Shown: positions 48,901 to 60,900 of the stretch, piece after piece | Numbering within the stretch: the stretch's first letter is position 1 | Layout of the letters: each line of letters starts with the position of its first letter | Source: Hydrolagus affinis | Taxonomy: Eukaryota | Length of the DNA stretch: 64,000 nt | Direction: 5' to 3' | NCBI GenBank assembly: GCA_012026655.1 | Contig: JAAILG010001262.1 | Coordinates: 1 to 64,000, forward strand | Position numbers and translations under genes: made by a program | The notes under the pieces: generated by a model | Seen by the model: only the letters and a program-made list of their open reading frames with translations | What the model was told of the DNA's origin: nothing | Database searches by the model: none

Positions 48901-51900
48901 CTGAAAAATGGGATGAAAATAACCCCCTCAAAATATGTTGTAAGTTTTATGGCATTGCAAGTCAAACTCTACCATTAATTTGTTTTTGGAATATAGCATT
49001 CATTTTTGGTGAACTTTTGAGGCTGAATTCTGCAACCAAGATATTGTGGGGGGGAAAAACTGCCTGATCTAAAGTGGAAATGTTGACAGGATCAGCTCTT
49101 GTGTTTTGTGAATCACCGTAATGTCTTATACATGTCAAGGAATTCCAAGTTAAAACTATTTTAGTCGTGTATTTCAGTCATTCCCTTTTCTCTTCCCCGC
49201 ATACTATATGCCTTGCTGAGAGCCATGTATTGTTTTACAATGGTGACACTTGTTTTCCTGCCCAATGCTTAAATTTCAGGTTTGAGCGGTTTGAAGTGTT
49301 AGCAGTGTTTGCTGCCACTGTACTGGCACAGCTCGGGGCTCTCTTTATACTCAAAGAAAGGTAGGAATGTGGATCTCTTTCCTTTTGATTGACACTTAAC
49401 ATTTTACCATGAAAATGTATCCTGGCCTAACATGAATCGGTCTAATCAATATTTTATGAATGAGAGAACACAATTGTTCCTTTCAGCATTGGAGCAATAC
49501 TTGGGGAATTTGAGAGTATTTTAGATTCATGCCAGAAGAAGGGAATTTGCCATGCATTTTAACATTCTGTCCAGATTCAAAATATTTGCGAAAGTAATCA
49601 ATACTGTAGATGAGATTTTGTGAACAGCATCATACAGATAGTATATAAAATCCATTGGTATTGTTGACTTTTTAATTTAAGTTCTAAAGCTGATCATTTC
49701 TGGAAATGCTTTCATTAAGAGCAATCCTGAATTGTTGAGGTAAACTAGGAATTGTTTGTGCAATCGCGTGTAGCTTTGTTCCATGCAGAACAGCTTTTAC
49801 TATGCTCTTCCAAAATGTGTAAATAGAAGACATCATTAACATAATTAAGATAAATTAATAAGTGTCTTTAGTATCCAGAGAGGCTTCCCCTATAGCGACA
49901 TCTGCAAGAACCATATTTGTCAATGAATTATCATCCATGTTTTTCATTCTCTATTAAAACAACAATCCTTTCCTCCACACGCCCTACACCAGCATTAAAA
50001 TTCTCTCCCTATTTTTAGAATTCCCTCGTGCCATTTACTATTCTGTGCTCAGGAGACAGGTCACCTGGTTGCAGTCTCTACTGTAAATTACTGTAATTCT
50101 GTCCTCGCCTGATATCCACAAATGCCCTTCCAGCATGGGATCAATGGATACTAAATAGAAGCAAAAAATCCTAACTGATTATCACCACCTCCCCAAACCC
50201 AGAAATATTCAGTACAGTATTTCTATTCTTGTAGTACTTATGGCTGAGATTAAGTAATGCAGCACAGACCAACAACAACAAACGACAACAAATTGATATT
50301 TATAGAGCGCCTTTCACGTCGAGATCAGCATTTTGACCTTAGACCTCAGTATGTTGCATACGACAATATAATAATCCTTGCATTTGATATAGCGCTTTTC
50401 ACATCTTATCGACGTCCCAAAACACTTCACAGAACATACTGTAAAGTGAATTGACTGTATGGGCAAATCGCGGCAGCCAATTGCGCACAGCAGTGTCCCA
50501 CAAACAGTCGTGGATTGAAATGACCAATTTTTATTATTGTGTTTTTTTTTGGACAGATTATTATTAGGCGTGTGGAGTAAGGAAACTTGCCCAAGGTTTT
50601 GCCTTGACCTGCCTGGATTCGAACACAGGTCTCCCCAGCTTGCAAGACAAGTGCTCTAACCACTAAGCCACAGGAGCTCCTCCTGTGGCTTAGTGGCATA
50701 CATTTCATCCTAAATGGACTGGTATCAAATTGAGTTGTATCAGTATCACTACTTGCTGTAGGAGTTTAATTAAGGTCAGGGAAAGAGGACAGTTGTTAAG
50801 AGCCCAGAGTAAATTGAACTATCTCACAGTAAAGTTCACTCTCTTAAACTTCCTTCGAATTTGGTAGTGTGTGGGCTCCTGAGGTTGCAGTTAACATGTA
50901 GTGTTATTTTTAGTGTAATGCAGCACAAGCCAGTCTTTTGTGTTGAGCACACACTGCACCTGTCTTGGGATCACTTGACCCTATTGTAGGGGACAGAATA
51001 AAAATCGGCTTGATTTGCCAACATTGTTGTTGTCTGCAGTATGCAAAAAAGCAGAAAACATAGATGGCAGGTATAGTCTAAATCTTAGTACAGTACTATA
51101 CTGTGAATTTAGAGTTACTGTACCATTTCCATCCAATAACTGTTTTACCACTCTCTTGGAGGTTCCCAAGATAGTTAATTACTTCACTTGCCTTCTACAT
51201 TTTCAACTAATGCTTATGCATCTTTTGTAAGAGAAAAAACATTTACACCAGTTATTCAGACAGCTGTCTACACATATATATGTCAAATATTGCCTCCAGA
51301 TGTTGCCATTATGTAGTTTAAAACTGGATAATTATTCAGTGTTCAGAGGTGTACTAGACTAAATGTTGTGTAGGAGTATTGCTGAACCAGAATAAAATAT
51401 TGCAAGTTACCACTTAATTCAATTCCGAAAGTGTTTTTTTTAAAAAGACAAAATTCAGATTTGTGTGATATGTGAACATGCTGTGCAAATCATTTGAGTA
51501 GCTTTATGATTTGAAAGTAGACCATCCGTGTGTTCAGGAATATAAAGAAATTAATCTAGAATGCATCGGTAAGGAGGAAATTCAACTATATATACCATTC
51601 CTTTCAGTATTCTTACCTCTGCAATAATTAAATTTTTGTAATTTGACTTCACTTTCCACAGTGTGGAGCGATTTGTGGAGCAGCCTGAGATTCATACGTA
51701 AGTATTAACATAATTCTTTTTTTTTTTACAAATTGGTTATTTAGTAACATTTGTAATTTGGGAATTAATCTGAAATATTTGTCATTGTTTTTCTTAATTA
51801 AAATAAATTGGGGTTTGAGTAGTGCGCTTTGGCTATGTGTTTTGTGCGAAGGAATGGTATAGCTGATCGGTTAACACTATTGAAATAATAATAAAAACTT

Positions 51901-54900
51901 TAAATCTTAATATGATCTACAGCTTATATGATCTTAAAACTCATCCATGTTTTAGTGTCAAGCGATAGAAAAAATAGATCTGTTGACACTCTGCCGTTAA
52001 TAAATTCAAATTGAGTTCAAACTTGTGGGTTGTTTGAAGAGAAACGGGTGAGTTTCAGATGAGTTAATTTTTCCATGGTTAATAAATAGTGAAAAATAGT
52101 AATATTTTTAGAAATATTATCAGTAGATATTAAAAAGAAATAATGATCTTACACTATTGCCTAAATTCTTTTTGTATCCTGCAGGGGGCGCCTCCTGGTT
52201 GGTACCTTTGTGGCTCTATTCTTCAATTTACTCACCATGTTGTCTTTGAAGAACAAGCCTTTTGCTTACGTGTCTGAAGGTGTGTTCCTGTTCGCAGGCT
52301 AAAATTCTGGCTTCAACAGTGACAATTTCTAAGAATACAATTTTTTTTTGCTCTTAGTGTCTAAGTGACCTACAGAGAGTCAATTATGTATAGTAAGCAG
52401 TCAAACGGTTGTTATGGTGGTTCTTTAGCAAATATTGATAACAAAACAATGGCATATTTGAGGGCATTCTGCTTATAACCAGTGTTTTGTTTCCGTTCTT
52501 TCTGTGGGGAATCTGATAATGGCCATGAAGTGTGTCCTAGATTCATCATTTTTAGGAATGTAGTAAAAATTGCACTAGGTGGACTTTGACTATCATAGAC
52601 TCATTTTCACAAGTTAAATAGCTATAAAGAATAATATCTTTGGCTTTTTTTCTTTGACGTTCTCTGTGAAACTGGTTAAAGGGTTTTAGCTAATTTAACA
52701 TTAGTTTCCTATCTCTCCAGTAATCTTCTCATTTCAAAGGTTAGTATTAATCCAACTCTCAGACTTGCTCAGTAACAATTCCAAGCTGGTTTCCTGATTC
52801 ATCAGCACTCCCTTTGTATCAGTATTTGGCTTTTCAAAATCATGTTTATTTTGCTTTCATTTCTTCTAAAATACATCAATGATGTGTTGGAGACAAATCC
52901 CTCACCTTTTTGCTATAAATGATAGATATACTGAAACAAATGCTGAAATGTTCTGTCTTTATCTCCAATTCTTTTAAAGATCACCAAAAGCAGTTCAATA
53001 AAAAGTACCCATGCAGATAATGCATACAGTATTACACAGTGTGATGAGCTTAAAAACCTTTCCAAAGTTTTCAATATGCAGTACCGTAAATAGCTAACCG
53101 CGCCTTCCTCCTAACATGAAAGGCACTCTATAAATGTAATTTATAGATTACATTCATAAATGACAGTTGTTGTTGTTGTATTTCCCCATGGTTGTTTGAG
53201 GGATTTTGTCGTGGTCAATAGAGTTGCCATGTTTGCTTATAAGAGTCATTAATTACTACCAAGTGCTTGGAGACATTTCAGCATTATAGGTGCGATAAAA
53301 ATGCAAGTTGAATTCATTCACGGTGATTTAGGACTATTAATGCAGAGCTCTCATTTAACAGGAACAACTTCTGATCTTAGGCTACCAAGCAAGGAGACGT
53401 TTGACTCTTCTGACAAAAAATGTTCATAATTACTGATCACATATTAACAATATCATTGTAGAGTTATCTCGATTCTTGGGACTGATACTTATTTTGAAAA
53501 ATAAAAGCTTATATTTACAAATGTTGCAGTCAACAACAACAACAAAATTACACTTGTGTAGTGCCTTTCATGTCCGGAGGATGTCCCAAGGCACTGGACA
53601 GTCACTGCTTCAGACCCGAGCTGAGGACAGTGGGGTGGAGGGAAGGGGAGGGATTAGGAGTTGCCGATGAGTCCATCAAAGAGGGGAGTCTTGAGGCTGA
53701 TTAACTTTGGTGCTGATCGCCCAGCTCTGTCACTACCCCTCTCCCCGGGCTGACAGGACTCTCACCTATTCCTTTATCACAGTCTCGATTATTACATTCT
53801 TTTTCAGACTCCGTAGCTTTTCCAACACCAACAAAATTACATTTGTAGAGCACCTTTTACGTTGGGAGGAAGTCCCAAGGCACTGCCTTACAATAGTTGC
53901 AGACCATTCAGAGCTCAATAGCCCTATCCTCACCTGCTCTGTGACCCTATCATCCCATCCTTACTCAGATCTACTAGTTCACATCCCCCGGCAATCTCAT
54001 ATATCCTTGTCCCCGTGTTCCCCATTGCGTCACCCCATGACCTCCTCCAATCATATTACTCCCGTCAGCTATCTCCACTCAGCTAACATTGGCCTGCTAC
54101 ACGCTCTTGCTCAATTTGCTCCACATAAAAAAAATCTTGAATAGCTAAAATCATGAAATACATATTGATTTGGTAATTTCTCAATGTGGTAATGTAACAT
54201 TACAGGTGGCATTTGACTTATTGTGCCAAAACATCCAGAAGCACATCACGTTTGTAAAGGAGGTCCTGTTTTCTAAGCGAGCACAAAAGGTGCCCTACAA
54301 CCAGAATTATGTCCCAAACCATGTCACCCACATTACACCTTCTAAGAAAAGGCCCCACCCCAGTCATCCAAAGTGCAATACTCTCGTCATGTGTGTACCT
54401 TATAGCTTGATCATATAATGTATGAGACGCTGTCCGGTGTGGAGGGCGCTATATAAATCAAAGTTGTTGTTGTATGCTGTCCTCCCAACTTGGTGCATGA
54501 GTGTTGTACAGGGTGATCTTTGTTATTAAGTGCCCGCTTTTAGTGATGGTCTGCTTGTAGGACTGAAGCAATAATAATAATCTGGCTCACTTTGCATGCA
54601 CACCATGCAGGTAGTGACACAAACACTGTACTGTCAACCCGGAAGTCAGTGTTTTTTCTTACGTGTTTTGTTTGAACTCTGGATTTGTGGTCCCGGACCA
54701 CCACACTATGATAGAGTTGCCCTGTACAACTCAATGTGAAAGAAAACTGCAAACGCTTTGGTGCTTCTTGCCCTGTTAATTAATTTTAACCCTGAAAAGC
54801 ATGCCATGATTATCGATGAGCCAATCTCACTGCTGCTTTATCGTGATCTCAAGTACGACCTTTAATTGAACCCAGCTTGCATTACCCGAGTGGCTATTCA

Positions 54901-57900
54901 CCACAATACTAAATGTCATCTTGCAAGGAATTAAGCCAGGTAATAGTGAGAATGAGATCTTTGAACTTTTCAAACCTATCTTACATACCAGGGCCTGACA
55001 GTAAAACACAGTTTAGCAAATTTGGTCAGATTTAAGTGTGCAAAAAAACATGTTTGAAAACTTGATGGTATTGTTTTAGGACTTGAAACCTTTTTTTCCC
55101 CCCCTTCTATGGCTTCCCATTGTTTCCAGTCTGAATTGATTGGCAGTTTTGACAATGAAGCTTCGTGAAGAAACAGTAAACCGCCTCACAGCTGCAAAGA
55201 CGCTGCTGGTGAATTTAACAACATGTGAAAATACGACCAGATTCAATCTGTTTTATTGGCAGATAACAGATCTCCCCAACATCTCATGAATATTTTAACA
55301 TCAGGGTGACAGTCAGATTGGGAGCATACACTCAGCTATTACCAGCTTTATAAAATGGACTTTCCATGGGTCTAAACAAGTCACAACAGCAGTTTAAAAT
55401 CACAAGGTTAGTTTGTCATAAACTATTAGGCACACTTCAGTAATTATATCTTGCAGTTGATATCTTTTGATCAAGAGACAATCGGGTGATATTTCTAATA
55501 ATTGATTTGTGAAAAATTTCATGAGATAGAGTTTATTTAGGAATTTATAAATATTTGTCATGGTTAACCAATACTTATAAAAACATATACAGTATTTGTT
55601 AATCCTGGATTGTTTTGGACACAAATTAATTTATTGAGAAGGTAACTTGGAAATATTGCCCACAGCTAGTTAAAATATTAATTTGAGAATTAGAAGCTCA
55701 CTAATGGTCACTAACCTTGGGTCAAGGGTCTGAATCAAAACTATTAACTTGTTAAAATGACACTATCACAAATCCTCTATTTCAGGAGCTTCTAAGTATT
55801 TGTGTTAGCTTGGCTGTGTTGAAAGCACTCTCCTGAGTCAGAAGTTTTTCGGTTCAAGCCCCACATAAAGACGTGGAAGTCTTATAGGCAATGCCTGCCT
55901 CCCTCCCTCCCTGCCTGCAGGCAGACAGCAGGCAGGCAGCAAGCACAGCACTGAAGTCCCGTGTGCTGCATTGTCGGAGGTGCCTTCCTCTGAAACGCCC
56001 CACCCTGGTATGCCCCTAAACTCTGGTATTCCGTGCCTCAATCCCTCTGCCTTGCTCCTCCTGGACACTGGTAGACACTCCCTTATCTTTTTTAATAGTT
56101 CCATGAGATCTTTAACATCCATCTGTACAGACAAACAGGACCTTGGTAAAATGTCTCATCCAAAGGATGGCATCTATAATGTTGCAATACACCCCAACAC
56201 GATGCTGGAGTGTCAGCTTAATCTATGTGAATCCAAAGGTAGTACCTGTACCTTGCTCTCACAGCAACTTGCTCTTCCCCTGAGGTAATTTCTTTTAAAA
56301 TTGGGAACAGTATAAGCTTTCCTATTTGGAATGTCTGGCATTTCCATTATTTCAGTAGAAATTTACAGCTCTCTTGGTTGCAAGTATTGTATTTCACAAG
56401 TTGAGAGCTGTTGCTTCCTGTTCACTTGAGAAGCACGCTTTCCATTTTAGATTGTTTTAAAGCTATCAATCATAGCTGTGGATGGTACTGCATACAATTT
56501 GGGAAGAATTGTCCTGTGAAAAGGAGCAACTTGTGTTCAGTGTTGGAGTTGTTGAAAATCTATTGTTGCTTTTTAACTGTTAAAGTAGTTCAATATGCTT
56601 GCTACATACCAGATCAATTTTGTACGCACAAAAGCTTGTGGAGCTCACCCTTATCTTAAGATATTAATTTTGCTTCATCGTAATCTAATTTATAAGCAGC
56701 CTTGCACATTGATACCGCAATGTGTTATGCCACAAAACAGTGGTTTGTGAGTTCATGGCGAGTGCTCGCTATAAACTGTGCGCCTCTGCTTGGTACCTTC
56801 TCGTGAAAGCAAGATCGAGAAAGCTAGGGGAAAAAAATCTTCTTGGCCTATCTAAACACAGCTAAAAAAAATGTATAGTTCAGTTTCATGTTTATTCTTC
56901 ATGTGTGAGCCTTCACGGTGGGTAATTTGATTTGGGTCCCTGCATAGTTGAACTTGACATGTTTTCTATACATGTTTCCCGTTGATATTGTTGAGAAATA
57001 ATTGGAGGTGAAAACTCTGCCAATATATTTTCCGCCATTCCTGAGCATGAGGATACTGATGCCAACAGTGCATGTCCACCGTTGCTGTTATCAGGATTTG
57101 GGCCAAAATGTTCAGTATAATTGAAGGCTGGAATAGTGTATATTGTACAAACAGCCCTGCTCCTGACACCAACATTGAGTAGGTGGCTCACAGTATTAAA
57201 GTAGAGAGTGTAAATCTCATTGAACTCTACACTATACTTTGCTCAAAGCACTCAAAAACTGAGAATTTAAAACATATGTAGTTTTGAAGAACCAATTCCA
57301 CCACCAAAACTTTTATATTAAAATGAAGATATTAGTGTTATGAACATGTGCTGGGATGTACAGAACCCCAAGTTATGGTGTAGATTTTTTTTGTTTGTTC
57401 TTGAATCTTACAGTAACGTAGAGTAGGGGGAGATCGATATATAAAGTGGCAGGAATAGATCGAGATTTCTTTTCCTTTGGACTGCTATGCTGCCAAATAC
57501 AAAGTGGTTTCACTCCTTGTAATAATAATCCTTGCATTTGATATCAAGCACCTTATCACATCGTCAAGACAATGGTAGTGCAAACATTGGTCTTTGTGGC
57601 TCAATGCTGCACCATGTGATGCGATTACCCATGGAGTCGTGAGAGGACTTGAAATCTTCCATGAGATTTGACATCCAATCAATCCAATAGGCAATTTAAG
57701 ATGAGCTTTCTGTTGATTGATGTTTTGAAAAGTAACAAATGAAAGTGGACAGCTTTTAAGTTAGTCCCAATAGACACAAGTCTACAGCGATCCTGATTTA
57801 CATCTATACCTGGTCAAGCTGTTTTTGATGGACAGCCATCAAAATGCCTCGTTTACAGTACATTTTCACAGCAGGACAACTTCTAATAGAAAGATCAAGC

Positions 57901-60900
57901 CACAGTTTTAAAATTTTATTGTTCTTGAAAAGATTTTATTGTAAACATAGTTGAGCTTTTTTGTTTAGTTGTCCAGTATACCACACAAAGCTGTAGTACA
58001 CCTGCTTATATAATATCTTTACAGGAATTTTCAGAATCCCTTTCATACAGAAGTGTTTAGATTTCAAGAAAATATTACGTTGATGGTATTAACTTGTACA
58101 GAACATTGTTGATGTCTTCTTCCCTCTCCCTTCTTGACCAAAATAATCAAAAGAAATGATTGGGAGTGCGGATCGAGGTAATAGCGAGTATGATATTGAA
58201 ACGAAGGAGAGAAGTTCTAAAGAGGTGTCGTTCTATTTGTGCTGTTGTGTTCTTTATCACAGTCCTGGGTTAGAGTAGGGTTACAGACATGGGTACTTGT
58301 ACTGTATGTTGGCGATATTACACCTTTATCATGAAGGGCAGTGGCCAAATGGACACTTCCTCACAGGAAGGGTGAGTCACCTGTACCTTACATGTTCACT
58401 TCTTTGACGTTTCTGGGTGTCAACTGGCCAAACACCTGCACAGTTCACTAGCAACCCTTTGAGATACAGAAAGGGTAAGAAATTTACCAGTGGAAGAGAT
58501 TTGGTGTTCGAGGGATATTTAATCTTTTCGTGCTAAGTGTGAGTTATGCTTATGTTTTCATTGTGTAGGGGTGATAATTCTGCTTATATCTAATATGTTC
58601 TTTCAGTTTTAAGCTAGACGTTGGAGATTTGGCATGTTCTCATTATATCCAAATCAAGTTGCTTCCATTGCATTTAATTAGATTTAAAATGTACAGTTCA
58701 TAAGCCTGCTTTGAAGGGGGATCCTTTATGAATCAATACAATTCTGCGGTAATGAGCTGTTTCTCAGCAATCGATAACAGCAGAAAAGAATATTTAACCT
58801 TTCTATATTGGGAGACAAAGACTTTTTTTTATTGTATATAGTAGCAAAGTATGGTATGTTGCTTTAGATCTGTAATGCGTGTTCATTTAAGGATAACAAT
58901 AGAAAAAGAAACGTAATGGACATTCCTGCTGTCATTACAGCTGCTAGTACGAGCTGGCTTCAGGAGCACGTTGCTGATCTAAGTCGAAGGTAAGAGGGAT
59001 TGGAAATTTACTCATTTATCTTTATCTTCTGTTGAACAAATAAGCTAGAAATTGATGTGAAACTGGTCTTCTCATTAAATTCTTCGGACACTTTTTGTGG
59101 GTACTCATCAGATTAGTTTTGTAATATTATTTTAGGTACAAACACATTTGCAAGCTGGCAAGTATAACTGAGGGTTTTTGTCCAGGTGGTTGGGTTTGCT
59201 GAAGCAGGTAATTTGAGTGGAGTGCCTGTAGCCATTCTATGCCTGGTGTAAGATCTCCATACCACAAAAGAAGTCATTGTGCCGAAAGCAGTAATTTAAC
59301 TCTTCTTCAAATTAAATACCCTGATCTTACTACAAGATGCCAAATTAGACTTTTTTTGAAATGGCTCAAGGGTAATTGTTGCTGTAATTTGTCCTTTCCT
59401 CACAATCGGACAGATTGTTGTGATTTAGATGAAGATTAACCTTGTTGAGTAGGGGTGTATCAGCTGATCTTGTGGGTCCCTGTGGACTGCACTTTTCAAT
59501 ACTGTCTGCTAAAGATCAATCGTTCAAGTATTGCGTGCTGTGGTCACTAACATGTTTCTTGAGCCGGGCAATGATCTGTAATTAAAAGACCTGCTTTTAC
59601 ATTGGTTTCCATTAAATGGCAACTATACGTGCATATAGTATTTTGCAAACCTAGTTGCTATCAGCAGACTATCTAGAATGATGCATTGTAAAATGATGTT
59701 TATCACCACTGTAATGCAATAGCCAATGCTAAACACTGACATTGACAATATGACCCAATAGGCTAAGCTAGTGCATATTAAGCTGCTACATTTAACATCA
59801 CAAAGAATTTCTATCCAAACTATTTATTTAGTCAAAATTGACTGCAAATTATTTTACTGATTATTTAATAGCCTTTCCAAAATACTGTCTATCCAGCGCC
59901 TTGGGATGTTCTCCCCCACTCACCCAAATATGGAAAGGTGCTATACAAATGTAATTTTGTTCTTTCAACATTAAGTACAGATACTGGTGTTGAAATGCTG
60001 GATTTGCTGTTTGGATTCACATTGTTGCGCCTCATAGAGCAGAAGTGGGTCATGTCAATCCGCAAAAGCACCTCTACAACATAGAAGTAGATCGAAAAGT
60101 TCCCAAAGCTCGGTGTTGATCATTTCTGGTTACTGGCAGGAGTCATTATTCATGAATCCAGGTAGCAGCTTCTGCATTTTCAGCCATATCGCCATTAATG
60201 GTGCACTAATGATATGAAGCTCTGTGCCTATTGACTTTTACACCACTTGCCACTTAAAAAGGATTCCAAACTGAATATGATCTGATTATATGGTTATTTA
60301 AAAATATAATGAACACTCTGCAGTCATTTCAAGGCTGTAATTTCATCTTGTAGGTCGGATGACAGTAATATACCACTTAAAGCTTCACTCTTCAATTTAT
60401 TGCATAATCCATAGCCCTTGGATCAGGTAGCAGAGGAGACATTTTTCTTCTTTCTTATACCTTTTTGGCCAGTGTAGTGACAAAACATGTTAAGACACTG
60501 TTGTGCTATGTCAGTACATGGGGTTTTGTTTGTTATACATTAGATGAGTCACTGCTATCCCTCTCTCTCTCAGTCAAACTATTGTTTGGAGGAGCTGGTT
60601 GGTAGCCAGGTAGTTGATGCAGGAAAGAGGAGAAACTGAAGAGAGAGTTATGTGGGCTGCTCTTATGTACCAATGTTTCCACAGTAGTTTTTTAGGTCTT
60701 ACCAAATTGCTATGATTCTGCAAGGATGAGTAGTAGAACACCTGTTACCTGCATGGCAACTCTCTGCATGTCCACTTCAGAGCACAATGTGTAGGGGACT
60801 GTGAGCTAATGGCAAAAAAGTCCAGTTGTTATTAGAGTCGAGATTTAATGATGCAGAGTAAGGGAAGGAGGCAGGCACAGTGTGGTACTTTTGTGACAAT

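Noticed and set aside
50600-50680. tRNA gene
   Set aside because: A and B boxes are present, but there is no proper acceptor stem and the sequence runs straight into the SINE body in several copies; it is a SINE head
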